From an uncultured Acidobacteriota bacterium (GTDB lineage Bacteria > Acidobacteriota > Blastocatellia > RBC074), in NCBI GenBank assembly GCA_963796275.1, contig CAWCKY010000007.1, positions 480,001-544,000 of the forward strand: a stretch of DNA of 64,000 nucleotides. The letters are read 5' to 3'. Position 1 is the stretch's first letter; every line of letters starts with the position of its first letter. Positions 12,704-25,969 of the stretch are shown here, in pieces. The notes under the pieces are model-generated. The model did not search any database and was not told where the DNA came from. It saw only the letters and a program-made list of their open reading frames with translations. The position numbers and the translations under genes are program-made.

Positions 12704-13315
12704 TTGCAAAAGATCAAAGCGATACGACCGTCAGGGCGGCAGAGGCGCAAGTTGCGAACTCCGAATCCGGAGGTGCGTAAGCGGATACTGGAGGCGGCGG
12801 ACAGTCTGATCCATGAGCAGGGATTTCAGTCGCTCAGGATCGAGCAGATCGTCGATCGCGCCGCGCTTTCGATTGGCACTTTTTACCTTTACTTCGAGAG
12901 CAAGGACGACATGTTCATCAATCTCGTGATCGAGAACACGGGACTGCTCCAGCGCCGCGTAGAGGCGGCATCTCAGACAGAAGGGAACGTGTTACACCGT
13001 CTCGACCGCGTGCTGGAAACCTACCTTGACTTTGTCAAGGAGCATGAACGGGGATTCCTTCACTATCATAATACCGGCCACGTCGATACCACGGTGGGGC
13101 CGCTCTCCGTCTGGGCTTGTAACCAGTGCGCTACGGCACTGCAGCCGCTGCTGGAAGAGGGTATGAGAAACGGTGAGATCAGAAAGACTGATCCGCGGCT
13201 CCTATCTCAGGCTATGGCCGGCCTCACGCAACATATTGCCGGCTATTGGCTGCAACACCAGGAGAGTTATACGCGCAGTGAGGTTAAAGATTTCCTCTTC
13301 CGCATATTTGCTTGA
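12704..13315 (+). CDS. TetR/AcrR family transcriptional regulator
   Basis: RKRILEAA...GFQSLRIEQIVDRAALSIGTFYLYFESKDDM HTH motif. TTG start. Confidence 0.93.
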   Translation: MQKIKAIRPSGRQRRKLRTPNPEVRKRILEAADSLIHEQGFQSLRIEQIVDRAALSIGTFYLYFESKDDMFINLVIENTGLLQRRVEAASQTEGNVLHRLDRVLETYLDFVKEHERGFLHYHNTGHVDTTVGPLSVWACNQCATALQPLLEEGMRNGEIRKTDPRLLSQAMAGLTQHIAGYWLQHQESYTRSEVKDFLFRIFA

Positions 13316-13664
13316 AACATTACCGCTATGGTCTCATTTAAAGGGCATTTCGCCCGGGAAAAATGATGCGCTTGGAGTTCCGCGGTTACGCGGTCTTATT
13401 CTTTTCGCATGATTTCCCGACCGCCAGAAGGCGGAACTCCAAATCAGGATTTTCGCGCTTTCGGCTTATGTCGCAATGGTGGTTAGTGGAAATTGGGCAG
13501 TTAGCGAAAATTGTATCGACACATTTTAAGCGAACTGCCCAATTCCCACTGCCCACTACTCAGTAACTACAATTTTTAGGTCCCGTTCATGCATTTCTAT
13601 GAGCGGGGCCTTGGGTACGATGCAACAGGTAGGACCGGTTACCGACCTGTCCCGCCATTTGCCT

Positions 13665-13686
13665 TTGACGAATAAAATTTTATTCG
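13665..13686 (+). promoter_or_regulatory. Perfect 18-bp palindrome overlapping a -35-like TTGACG; putative TetR operator
   Basis: CGAATAAAATTTTATTCG at 13669-13686. It has the same GACGAAT-N8-ATTC pattern as the site upstream of tetR. Confidence 0.7.
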
Positions 13687-13840
13687 CTGGGTCTTCTCTG
13701 TGGGTAGTCCATCAATCCACGACAGTCTTCACGAATCTGAGCTCGAATAATGATCGATCGAATAAACCACTCGAGCAATCGAAACCTGAGCATGACCAAC
13801 TAAACAAGTGTCAACCTTAGCTCTAAAAGGAGGCTACATC

Positions 13841-16729
<2,889 letters not shown>

Positions 16730-16742
16730 TCGATGAACAGAT

Positions 16743-16832
16743 AGAGAAAGAGGGCAGGGGGCAAGGAGACGAGGAAAGTCATTTTAGTCTCCTTGTCTCC
16801 TGCCGTCGCCTTCTCGTCCCTCTTCTCCCTCC
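16743..16832. repeat. Degenerate hairpin of purine-rich/pyrimidine-rich ~8-mer repeats
   Basis: agagggcagggggcaaggagacgagg ... gtctccttgtctcctgccgtcgccttctcgtccctcttctccct, directly after a stop codon. Confidence 0.55.
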
Positions 16833-17104
16833 TGGCGTACTCGCATCGAAGGCTTCCCGGTGAGCGACATGCTGGGCGAACGCGAGGGATTCGCCGGCCC
16901 GGCTATGCTAGCTCGGTCGAGCCCGGAATTATCCCAGTTGTAAAAAATGCCTGGAGTTTTAGCGCGCCGATCGCAGTCCAACGCAACCGCCGGCCCAGAG
17001 TGAGGACATTACAGATGGGCGACACGGCGATGCTGTATTCGCCCGCTATGTATTATTGTTGGGATTCTCGCGGAGATTTTGATCGTACCGGTTGTGCCCG
17101 GTGG

Positions 17105-18268
17105 TTAGTTCTTTGGGATGCCGGTCGTTTCCGCTTCACGCTCTTTGAGCTTTCGGTGAATCTCCATCTCCCGGGCCGCCAGCGCCTTTTGACCGGTGCG
17201 TTGATAAATCTGAGCGAGCCGGTAATGCGCCTTCGCCAGATCGGGCTTCTGGCTGACAGCCTTGCGCAGCGCGTCGATCGCTTCGTTATACTTCTGTTGC
17301 TCGGAGTAGAGAGCGCCCAGTTCGAAATAGGCCTCCGATAATTGCGGATCGAGCGCGACCGCTTTCTTTAGTGATTTCTCGACCCGGACGAGGTCCACCG
17401 GCTGGTCGGGATCGCGACGCCCCTTCCACAGATTGACCGCATAGAAGTAGTGCGCCATCGCATTTTCGGGGTGATGTTTGACGAACTGCGCCATCCGCCT
17501 GGTGATCTCATCGGCCATTTCGGCCGCCACACCGTACATTTCACCGAGAAACAGATAGGGGCGCGCATCTGCCGGATCCAGATCGGCGGCCTCGCAGAGT
17601 GATTTCACCGCATCGCTGTACTCCCCGCGCGAATAACGCGCGATCCCCATCCCGACGCGGAGTTTGGCCGAGCTTGAATACTTTCCCAGTCCATAGCTGA
17701 ATATCTTAACCGCGGCGTCGAAGGCATTGATTTTGATCAAGCCGTTTCCCAGATCGAGAATGTTCTGCTCGCTCTCGTCCATCCGCGCGGCGCGCTGAAA
17801 CGATTCGGCGGCTGCGACCGGATTGCCCGCCTTATCTTCCACATCGCCCAACAGGGAATGTAGTTCGGCCGTCTCTTTCCACTTGAGAATGCTCTGAATT
17901 TGCGCGCGAGCCCGAGAAAGGTCTCCCGCCTGAAAGTAAGTCAATGCCAGGTCGTAGCTGTTCGCGTAATGTTTGGGATCGATCTGCTGCGCTTTTTCCA
18001 GAAATGGAATGGCAGCGGCCAGTTTGCCCTGCCTGATGTAGAACTCGCCCAGATTGTAATTGGCATCGAAGCTTTCCGGAGTGCGGCGCAGCGCGTCTTT
18101 GAGCGACCGCTCGATCCGGGCGGGATTGGTTACGGTCGTGTCGCGCTGAGGAGGGAAATTCGCCACAAACGCCACAAAAATACAGAGGAGACAAAAGAAA
18201 CTTTTTCTCTCCGGTATTGTGCTTATTCGTGGCTCTTTGTGGTTTTTGTGGCGAAAAATCCTCAACAT
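17105..18268 (-). CDS. Tetratricopeptide repeat protein (exported)
   Basis: TPR repeats (ANYNLGEFY...AIPFLEKAQQIDP; AHYRLAQIY). The ATG lies 1 nt after the TBDR stop, indicating translational coupling. Confidence 0.9.
   Translation of the reverse strand: MLRIFRHKNHKEPRISTIPERKSFFCLLCIFVAFVANFPPQRDTTVTNPARIERSLKDALRRTPESFDANYNLGEFYIRQGKLAAAIPFLEKAQQIDPKHYANSYDLALTYFQAGDLSRARAQIQSILKWKETAELHSLLGDVEDKAGNPVAAAESFQRAARMDESEQNILDLGNGLIKINAFDAAVKIFSYGLGKYSSSAKLRVGMGIARYSRGEYSDAVKSLCEAADLDPADARPYLFLGEMYGVAAEMADEITRRMAQFVKHHPENAMAHYFYAVNLWKGRRDPDQPVDLVRVEKSLKKAVALDPQLSEAYFELGALYSEQQKYNEAIDALRKAVSQKPDLAKAHYRLAQIYQRTGQKALAAREMEIHRKLKEREAETTGIPKN
18159..18255. repeat. Nonamer-repeat hairpin (CCACAAAAA-type) inside the 5' end of the TPR gene
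   Basis: ttcgccacaaacgccacaaaaatacag... versus ...ttcgtggctctttgtggtttttgtggcgaa. Confidence 0.8.
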
Positions 18269-18269
18269 T

Positions 18270-21200
18270 TTAGAAATAGAACTTCAACGCCAGCTGAATC
18301 TGGCGCGGGTTGTTCCGCTGCGAATCCAGCCGCCCGAAGGTCGCCGACTGGAAGTTCGTGGTACCCGGTATGTTGAAGCTCGGCGTATTGGTCAGATTGA
18401 ATATCTCGGCGCGGAACTCCGAACGGATGCGTTCGGAGACGCGGATGTTTTTAAATACCGAGAAATCGATCTGCCTTTGCGGAGGGCCGGTCACCTGCGT
18501 GCGCCCGCCGCCGAGCGGCGACAGGTCGGTCTGGCCGATACTCGTCGCGCTGGGCGGATTGGTGAAGGCCGCCGCGTTCCAAATGACCTGATAGCCCTGC
18601 GCATCGCGCGTCTCAGCATACGGATTCACGCCCGCAACCAGTAGCGAATTGCAGCCCAGCCCCTCGGTCGTGGCTATCGTGCACCCGATGACCTGCGGCT
18701 GCCCGGTGTAGTAAGAGAACATCCAGTTCGTGCTCCATCCGCCTAAGATCGCATCGCCAATGCCGTTGAGACTGCCCAGGAACGCCTTGCCTTTGCCGAT
18801 CGGCAGATCGTAGATGCCGCCTATGACCAGCCCATGCCTGACGTCGAAGCTGGCGCGCGCCATCTCGTCCCTGATCCATACCACGCCCGGCCCCCGGAAT
18901 CCGCCCGCGCCTCCGTTGCTCAACAGGTCGCCCGCATTGGTCAGGGTCTTGCTCCAAGTGTATGAGACAAGCATATCCAACCCCTTGCTGAACCGGCGCT
19001 GAAACTTCGATTGGAGCGAATGGTAGTGACTGTTGCCGGTTGTCGACGCCAGCGATGAGGCGCGCGCGAAGATCGGGTACGGCACGTATTCTTGCGCGTT
19101 CAAGTTTTGTCCGGGCGGCAATATCGTATGAATGTGATTCGTGCCGACGAACGTTTCGATATGGCGTCCGAGCGAGGCGACATAACCCACCTCGATGGAA
19201 TTGTGCGAGCCCAGTTCGTATTGCGCGATCAGGTTGTATCCCTGGGTGTATGGAGTCTTGTAGTTGAACTCGATGCCGCGCAGATTGAGGCTGTTGGGGT
19301 TGACCTGGCTCGGGTCGAGTGGAACGCCGAGCAATCCGCGTTCAAGCGTCGCGGGAGTGCCGTCGGGATAGAGGAACGCCGACACTTCGTTCGGCGCGCG
19401 GATGGTGAAATCGAACTGGAACGGGTAGTTGTATCCCAGACTCGGATTACCGCCTCGGTTTTCGAACCCGCCATAGTAGATCCCGTAACCGCCCCGCAGG
19501 ACGAGCTTGCTCGTGAATTGATAGGCGAAGCCGAAGCGCGGCCCGAAATTACTCTTTTGCACGCGGCCGATACCAGAACCGAACTCGTCGGAATATACCA
19601 GCTCGATGCCGCTCGCCGCGAGCCCGTTGATGAATGCCTGCGAAACTCTGGGATCGTCCCTGCGCCGCGCCGGGATGATATAGCGCGGTCTCTGGCCGGC
19701 CTCCTGGACGAAGTTGGCCTGCGCATAGTTGGCGTCATTGGTTAAAGAGAACCTCTCCCAGCGCAGCCCCAGGTTGAGTGTGAGCTTGGGAGTGACCTTC
19801 CAGTCGTCCTGGAAATAGGCGCCCCAGTAATTGCGATTGCTGGCAATACTGCCAAACGGCGACGCCTGTAACTGACTCAAGCCGCCGAGACCTATCGCGC
19901 CTGGCGTTATCGCCTCTTCGGCTGTGACCGTGTTCAACAGGAATTGCGCCCGTCCGGTGCTGGCGTCGCGAAGCGCGGGGGCGGAAGTGTAGCTGCCATT
20001 GAAACTGAAATTGCCACGCGCATACGGTGGTCCGACCCATGGGAAGTTAATATACTGATACTCGACTCCGCCCTTGAAGGTGTGGTTCTTGTAAGTCTTT
20101 GTCAAGTTGTTAGTCAATTGTGTGGTGTTGCTCAGTCGATCGGCAACGAGCCATGTCACGGCGCCCAGCCGGGTCAGCCCGTCGATGTTGAGCGGAGGCA
20201 GGCCCCCGTTGCCTTCGACCTGCGGGATCCCCTGGATGCCAAAGGAGACTGGAATATCGGTTGTGTCATTGCCGAGCGGAGGCAGGCGGTTTGAATGCTC
20301 GCGGCTCAACCCCAGACGCACTTCGTTGATCAACGTGGGCGAGAACGAGTGCGTGTAGCTGATGGCCAGACCGCTCGTCCGCACCTTCTCGTCGCCGTCG
20401 CCATATGCACCGCCATCGGCTATGCCCTCGAACGGGCCGGGGCGGAAGCGCACGGTGTCGGCGAAACTGTATCGCCCGAAGATGTGATCGGTGTCTGAAA
20501 AGTGGTGATCGATCCGCACGTCAAATGAGTTGGTGTCGTCCGTCAGATTGCGGATTCCGCCGTAGTTATCACCGGCCGTGCCGGCCTGATTGAAGTTCTC
20601 GGCCGGATAGATATCCATTAGTTTGATCGCATTCGGATTCAAGCGGCTGGCGGGAATTATGTTGCCAGGGAACGGATCACGCACGAACCCTGTGACTTCT
20701 TCGTCATTCCTGACGACCGTGACTTGCCGAGTCGTAGCAGGATCGTAGATAGTTCCCTGAACAATATCACGGCCAAGTATATCCTTTCCGAGGACCTTGT
20801 TGCCCTGCCGCGCGATCAGATCGGAAAAATCTGTATAGCCGCTGGCTCTCTCCGCCGCCGTCGGGACGGAGGCCGTTACCAGGCGTCCCTGCCGGATGCG
20901 CGTGCCCTCGAAATCGCCGAAGAAGAAGGTCTTGTTCTTCCAGATGGGGCCACCCAGCGCTCCGCCGAACTGGTTCTGGCGATATTTGGCTTTGGAGATG
21001 CCGCGAAAATTATTCCCATAATTATTGGCGTCGAGTTTGTCGTTGCGCAGAAACTCCCACACTGCGCCGTGAAACTCGTTCGTCCCTGATTTCATCGTCG
21101 CATTCAAGATCGCGCCGCCAGCGCGGCCGAATTCGGCGCTAAAGGCATTGGTCTGAATTTTGAACTCGCCGATAGCGTCGACCGGCGGCTTGATGACGTA

Positions 21201-21836
21201 GGCGGTTCCATTCAGGAAATCCACGCTGCTCGTGTTGTTATCGATCCCGTCGATCAGGTAGTTGTTCTGAGCCGGCCTGGTGCCGTTGGCGGCAAACTGC
21301 CCGGCCGCTCGCGCACCAGGCTGCGGGATGTTGACGCCCGCGCTCAGCCGCGCCAGGTACGTCCAGTCGCGCCCGTTGAGCGGCATGTTATTGATCGTCT
21401 GTCCGGAGACCGCCTGCCCGACCGAGCTCTCGGTCGTTTGCAGCAGCGGCGCTTCTGTGGTGATCTCGACCGTCTGGCTGATATCTCCAGCCTCGAGGTT
21501 GAAATCGACGACAGCCTGCTCCTGGATATTGAGCTCGATGCGGGAGCGCAGCGCTTTCTTGAATCCGGCTGCTTCGACATCGACCTGGTATGCGCCGATC
21601 TTTATCGGGGTGAAGATGTACCGTCCATCCTCACCGGTCTCCGCCGTTTGCGTGATGCCCGTGCCTTTGTTGGTCAGAACGACTCTGGCCCTGGGCACGA
21701 CCGCCCCGGTCGTGTCTTTCACTGTGCCGAGAATCGTTCCCGTATCGACCTGGGCCGATGCTGACGCGCTTGTAATAACGAGGCAGACGACGATCGTGTA
21801 GACCAACGATGTGAACCTTCCGTATAGCGTGCTCAT
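18270..21836 (-). CDS. TonB-dependent receptor with carboxypeptidase regulatory-like N-domain
   Basis: GTILGTVKDTTGAVVP, MPLNGR, KSGTNEFHG, QDDWKVT, C-terminal QLALKFYF. RBS ggagg. Confidence 0.95.
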   Translation of the reverse strand: MSTLYGRFTSLVYTIVVCLVITSASASAQVDTGTILGTVKDTTGAVVPRARVVLTNKGTGITQTAETGEDGRYIFTPIKIGAYQVDVEAAGFKKALRSRIELNIQEQAVVDFNLEAGDISQTVEITTEAPLLQTTESSVGQAVSGQTINNMPLNGRDWTYLARLSAGVNIPQPGARAAGQFAANGTRPAQNNYLIDGIDNNTSSVDFLNGTAYVIKPPVDAIGEFKIQTNAFSAEFGRAGGAILNATMKSGTNEFHGAVWEFLRNDKLDANNYGNNFRGISKAKYRQNQFGGALGGPIWKNKTFFFGDFEGTRIRQGRLVTASVPTAAERASGYTDFSDLIARQGNKVLGKDILGRDIVQGTIYDPATTRQVTVVRNDEEVTGFVRDPFPGNIIPASRLNPNAIKLMDIYPAENFNQAGTAGDNYGGIRNLTDDTNSFDVRIDHHFSDTDHIFGRYSFADTVRFRPGPFEGIADGGAYGDGDEKVRTSGLAISYTHSFSPTLINEVRLGLSREHSNRLPPLGNDTTDIPVSFGIQGIPQVEGNGGLPPLNIDGLTRLGAVTWLVADRLSNTTQLTNNLTKTYKNHTFKGGVEYQYINFPWVGPPYARGNFSFNGSYTSAPALRDASTGRAQFLLNTVTAEEAITPGAIGLGGLSQLQASPFGSIASNRNYWGAYFQDDWKVTPKLTLNLGLRWERFSLTNDANYAQANFVQEAGQRPRYIIPARRRDDPRVSQAFINGLAASGIELVYSDEFGSGIGRVQKSNFGPRFGFAYQFTSKLVLRGGYGIYYGGFENRGGNPSLGYNYPFQFDFTIRAPNEVSAFLYPDGTPATLERGLLGVPLDPSQVNPNSLNLRGIEFNYKTPYTQGYNLIAQYELGSHNSIEVGYVASLGRHIETFVGTNHIHTILPPGQNLNAQEYVPYPIFARASSLASTTGNSHYHSLQSKFQRRFSKGLDMLVSYTWSKTLTNAGDLLSNGGAGGFRGPGVVWIRDEMARASFDVRHGLVIGGIYDLPIGKGKAFLGSLNGIGDAILGGWSTNWMFSYYTGQPQVIGCTIATTEGLGCNSLLVAGVNPYAETRDAQGYQVIWNAAAFTNPPSATSIGQTDLSPLGGGRTQVTGPPQRQIDFSVFKNIRVSERIRSEFRAEIFNLTNTPSFNIPGTTNFQSATFGRLDSQRNNPRQIQLALKFYF

Positions 21837-21976
21837 ATGTCCTCCGTGCCAATAACGGTTTGTTATGTTTAATAGCGGGCTGAGAGAGGTTTATTACGAA
21901 CGTTGGCTTAAAGTCGGTGCATCATAGGCTGTTTGCTTCTATGTTGCAACGCTGTGCGGCGAGAAAATAGAAATTG

Positions 21977-22082
21977 CGGTAGCCGATAGTCGGTAGTCGG
22001 TAGTCGGTGTCGGTAGCCGGTAGCCAGTAGCCAGTAGCCAGTAAGCCGGTAGTCGGTAGTGGGTAGTCTGTAGCTGGTAGCC
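21977..22082. repeat. Heptamer tandem repeat (GGTAGTC/AGTAGCC)n, ~14 degenerate units
   Basis: ggtagccgatagtcggtagtcggtagtcgg...tagccagtagccagtagccag... Confidence 0.85.
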
Positions 22083-22110
22083 GTTTCTCTCCAGCCATCA
22101 CTAGCTTCGC

Positions 22111-24780
22111 TTAGTCGTTCCTCAAAGCGACCATCGGCTGGACCCTGGCAGCTCTCAGAGCGGGGATCAGGCAGGCCATCATGGCCGCACACAGGAGCAC
22201 AGCTCCCACCACCGCCAGCGTCGCCAGATATGGAGAACCTGTGCCGTAAAGAGTGCTCTGCATAAGCCGAGCGACCGACCATGCGCATCCGACTCCAAGT
22301 AGCAGACCGGCTGTCGCGAGGGCCAAGCCCTGCTTGAGTACCAACCGCACGACCTGTGACCGGCTAGCCCCCAGGGCGATGCGCAATCCCATCTCCCGCG
22401 TGCGATGCTTGACCAGCTGGCTCATCACCCCATATATCCCGACTGCCGCAAGCAATAATGCCAACCCGGCAAAGCTGCTGTAGATGACTGCCTCGAACCG
22501 CCCGAAAGCAAGCTGGTTCGAAATGATCTCATCAAGCGTTCGCACATTCGCTACCGGCAGATTACGATCCATGGAGCGCACGACACCGGAGATCGATTTT
22601 CTCAGTTGGGCAGGCTCGCTCAATGTCCAAACAGCCAGAGTCGGGTTGGGAAACGGGAACTGGGAGAACGATCCGTAGATTTCCGGCGCATTCCGATGCC
22701 CGAACTCTTCGGCATTATGAATATCGCGGAAAACGCCGATTATCCTGAATTTTGCCGGGCTGCCGGATATGAGCAAGACCTGCGTTAACGGGTCGAGACC
22801 GGCCAGATATTCGCGGGCAAAGGTTTCATTGACCATCACAATCGGTTCGCTCTTGAGGTGATCCTGTGCCGTAAAAGCGCGTCCCTGGACCACTCCAGCT
22901 CCGAAGGTCTCCACAAAACCGTCGGAGATCATTCGCCCTCGGGCCTGATAAAGTGGCTGTGAAGGATTGGACGAAGGGCGGCCCGTGATTGAGAACTTAA
23001 AGGTCCACGTTTCGATCAAGGGCACGGGAACTGGCGGTGGGGTCGAAACCGTCGCCCGGCGAACATCGGGCAATGTCTCTATCTTCCCGATCAGTTCCTG
23101 GTAGAACGCAAACATCTCCTCCGGCGACTTGAAACGATCGGGACGTACCGGCACCCCGAATGTAAGAATATGATCCGTTCTTACACCATGATCGAGGCGC
23201 GTGTTATTCCACAGGCTGCGCAGAGCCATGCCGGCGGCGGCCAACAGAGTGAGTGCCACCGCGAATTCGGTGACCACGAACAGCCTGGCTAGTCGATGAT
23301 GCGCACGGCCGCGGCCTACTCCTCCACCTTCCTTCAGATCGTCGACGAGATTGACCCTGGTTGCCCGCCACGCGGGCACGCAACCGAAAAAGAGGCCCGA
23401 GATCAGGGTCGTCAAGGCGGTGAATAGCAAAACCGGCAGACTGAGCGCGATCTGATCGGTTGGCACACCTGAAGATGGGGGCATGAGCACCAGGAAGGCT
23501 TTCAAGATGCCCAAACTGAGTGCCATACCGAGCGCACCGCCAGCCAGACACAAAACCAGGCTCTCCGTCAGCATTTGCCCGATGAGGGTCCATCGGGTAG
23601 CCCCAAGCGCCGCCCGAACTGCAACTTCCTTCTGATGGGCTGCTCCCCGAGCCAGAAGAAGGTTGGCGACATTGGCGCAGGCGATAAGCAGAACCAGGGT
23701 GACGGCTCCCATCAGCAGCCATAAGTTTTTTAACGTTCGCCCGGGAAGCCACTTGTTCCTCGATCGTTCCACGCTCACGCTCCAACCCGCGTTGGACTTC
23801 GGGTATTCCTGAGCCAGTGCCGCGCTGATCGCGTCTATCTCGGCCTGCGCTTGCGGGAGCGAGATGCCCGGCTTGAGGCGCGCGAGAACGGTCAGCATGC
23901 GATTATCCATGCGGGATTCGTCCGCATTTACGACCAGAACCGGCCACAACGCTTCTTGACCAGCTCCTCGCGCCGCGACTCCAACCACGGTGTAGGATTC
24001 TCCCTCCAGGCGTATGCTCTTCCCAAGAATGTCAGGATCTCCTCCATAGCGCGCCTGCCAGAGACGATTACTCAAGATCACCACATGATGGTTTCCCTTG
24101 AGGCCGTCCTCCGGCGCGAAATCGCGCCCCAGGATCATCCGCTCACCACTCATGGTGAACATACCCGGAGTAACATACTTGATCACGATCTGTTCCGGCT
24201 CCTGCGCGTCATCGTTCAAGGTCACCTGTCTTTGCACCAAGGCGCTGAAGAAGTCAAAGCTCTGGCATCGCTGTTTCCACTCTTCGTACGCCCGCGGCGA
24301 AATGTGAATGCGCGTGCGATCCATGCCATCGCTGGTGCCGCGCCACTCTATGCTGTTGTCGCGAGGTTTGGCCCACAAAACCACGTTCCGGCTGCTTTCA
24401 GCCCACCCTGCCCAAAAAACGCCGTAGATGACGCTGAACATAGCCGTGTTGGGGCCAATCCCGAGAGCGATGACGAGCACCGCGGCGCAGGTGAAAACCG
24501 GGTTTTTCAGCAGCCTGCGGAGGCTATATCGCAAATCCTGCCAGAACCTATCCATAATTCTCCCTCCACGAATCTCATAGGCCATATCCTTCATCAGGCC
24601 CGGATTTCCAAAACTTCTGAGCGCAGCGACCCGCGCTTCCTCCGGCCGCATCCCCCGTTCGATGTTGGTCCGCGTCTCCATCTCGAGGTGTAAACGCATC
24701 TCTTCATCGATCTCCTCGATCATTGCGTCGCGCCGGAAGAGCGCGCGCAGCCGATCTGTCAGAATGTCGAGCCGCTTCAT
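22111..24780 (-). CDS. ADOP-family duplicated ABC permease (MacB/FtsX x2)
   Basis: Permease-prefix N-terminus ([12 protein letters not shown]), [49 protein letters not shown]. Confidence 0.95.
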   Translation of the reverse strand: MKRLDILTDRLRALFRRDAMIEEIDEEMRLHLEMETRTNIERGMRPEEARVAALRSFGNPGLMKDMAYEIRGGRIMDRFWQDLRYSLRRLLKNPVFTCAAVLVIALGIGPNTAMFSVIYGVFWAGWAESSRNVVLWAKPRDNSIEWRGTSDGMDRTRIHISPRAYEEWKQRCQSFDFFSALVQRQVTLNDDAQEPEQIVIKYVTPGMFTMSGERMILGRDFAPEDGLKGNHHVVILSNRLWQARYGGDPDILGKSIRLEGESYTVVGVAARGAGQEALWPVLVVNADESRMDNRMLTVLARLKPGISLPQAQAEIDAISAALAQEYPKSNAGWSVSVERSRNKWLPGRTLKNLWLLMGAVTLVLLIACANVANLLLARGAAHQKEVAVRAALGATRWTLIGQMLTESLVLCLAGGALGMALSLGILKAFLVLMPPSSGVPTDQIALSLPVLLFTALTTLISGLFFGCVPAWRATRVNLVDDLKEGGGVGRGRAHHRLARLFVVTEFAVALTLLAAAGMALRSLWNNTRLDHGVRTDHILTFGVPVRPDRFKSPEEMFAFYQELIGKIETLPDVRRATVSTPPPVPVPLIETWTFKFSITGRPSSNPSQPLYQARGRMISDGFVETFGAGVVQGRAFTAQDHLKSEPIVMVNETFAREYLAGLDPLTQVLLISGSPAKFRIIGVFRDIHNAEEFGHRNAPEIYGSFSQFPFPNPTLAVWTLSEPAQLRKSISGVVRSMDRNLPVANVRTLDEIISNQLAFGRFEAVIYSSFAGLALLLAAVGIYGVMSQLVKHRTREMGLRIALGASRSQVVRLVLKQGLALATAGLLLGVGCAWSVARLMQSTLYGTGSPYLATLAVVGAVLLCAAMMACLIPALRAARVQPMVALRND

Positions 24781-24792
24781 GACCCTACTCCC

Positions 24793-25125
24793 TTACGTCG
24801 CGTCTCTCACTTTCGCGATCGCCAGTGCGAGCAGGTCCCAGCTCTTCTCTTCGACCGTCAGCTGCTTGCGCCCGGCTCTGGTTAATGTGTAGAACTTCGC
24901 CCGGCGGCCGGTCTCGTTCATCCCCCACTTGGAGCTGACCCAGCCGCGCTGCTCGATCCGATAGAGCGCCGGGTAGAGCGACCCTTGCTCGACCATCAGC
25001 ATCTCGCCGGATAACTGCCTGATGCGTTGAATGACGCCGTACCCATGCAGCGGTCCCAAGCTCAGAGACTTGAGAATCAGCATGTCGAGCGTCCCCTGAA
25101 GCAAATCTGCCTTTGGTGTATCCAA
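24793..25125 (-). CDS. PadR family transcriptional regulator (acidobacterial type)
   Basis: LLQGTLDMLILK...HGYG...GSLYPALYR...RRAKFY. TTG start with RBS ggaggt. Confidence 0.95.
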   Translation of the reverse strand: MDTPKADLLQGTLDMLILKSLSLGPLHGYGVIQRIRQLSGEMLMVEQGSLYPALYRIEQRGWVSSKWGMNETGRRAKFYTLTRAGRKQLTVEEKSWDLLALAIAKVRDAT

Positions 25126-25162
25126 AACTTACCTCCCGATATCGTCCTGATTAAATGGCTTC

Positions 25163-25221
25163 GCCTAGCAAGCCTAGACTGCCTAACCATAACATGGTTG
25201 GAAATGCCTAGAATGTCAAGG
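25163..25221 (-). promoter_or_regulatory. Putative PadR operators (TAGA-N3-TCTA-like) overlapping a -35 TTGACA
   Basis: cctagcaagcctag, cctagactgcctaa and cctagaatgtcaagg. TTGACA lies on the minus strand at 25214-25219. Confidence 0.6.
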
Positions 25222-25253
25222 TTCCCTGAACAAGATTTGCTACGATTATCTGG

Positions 25254-25466
25254 ATGGCGGTAGGGCGAGATAGCTTACCGGCAATTGCTGGGGGTGACTT
25301 CGAGAAATTATTGAAAGTCCATCTTCTTGATATTCGAACCGGTCAACTCAACCCGATGACCGTAGTTCATCGTTCTTCTGTAACCGCAGTTGCTTTTTCA
25401 CCTGATGGAGAGCGTTTGGCAAGCGGGGGTCAGGGGCATCTACTCATCATCATCTCACAAGAATGA
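25254..25466 (+). pseudogene. WD40-repeat gene remnant
   Basis: A single WD40-like unit, HRSSVTAVAFSPDGERLASGG, in a 70-aa ORF. Confidence 0.55.
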
Positions 25467-25559
25467 AAAGGGGATAGTTACTATCTCGCGTATCAAGTAG
25501 CGCTTAGCGTTCTTTGAGCATTTACGCCAAACCTTCGGATGAGCGACACAACCCACCTC

Positions 25560-25615
25560 CTATTGACATTCTGTACGGAAGGATATATCTCTCCTGTACA
25601 GAATATCTATAGGAG
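25560..25615 (+). promoter_or_regulatory. Promoter and inverted operators of the second padR
   Basis: TTGACA at 25563. Inverted pair gacattctgtacgga / cctgtacagaatatc. The site cAGA-ata-TCTA adjoins the RBS aggag. Confidence 0.6.
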
Positions 25616-25623
25616 AAAGTGAT

Positions 25624-25956
25624 ATGAAGGAAAAGAAAGCGGATCTTTTACAGGGGACGCTCGACCTGCTGGTGTTGAAGGCGCTGGCCCTCGGCCCGCT
25701 GCACGGGCTGGGCGTCTCGCGCCGGATCGAGCAGATGACCAAGGGGACTTTCCAGGTCAAACCGGGATCCCTCTTTCCGGCCTTGCACCGGATGGAAGAA
25801 GCGGGCTGGCTCGTCTCATCGTGGGGTGAGTCGGAGAACAATCGGAGGGCCAAGTATTATCGCCTGACGAAAGCCGGGCAGCGGCAGCTCAAGGTGGAGA
25901 CCGAGGGCTGGGAGCGAATCGCGCTGGCGATCGCCAACGCGCTCCAAACGACATAA
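25624..25956 (+). CDS. PadR family transcriptional regulator
   Basis: LLQGTLDLLVLK...GSLFPALHR...NNRRAKYY. Confidence 0.95.
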   Translation: MKEKKADLLQGTLDLLVLKALALGPLHGLGVSRRIEQMTKGTFQVKPGSLFPALHRMEEAGWLVSSWGESENNRRAKYYRLTKAGQRQLKVETEGWERIALAIANALQTT

Positions 25957-25969
25957 GGAGAAGAGGATC

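Noticed and set aside
16833-17104. Possible ncRNA or gene relic between convergent genes
   Set aside because: Only generic GC-rich hairpins; no recognisable RNA family or protein motif.
21908-22288. ORF with YRLPTTDYRL repeats
   Set aside because: It is a translation of the heptamer tandem repeat.
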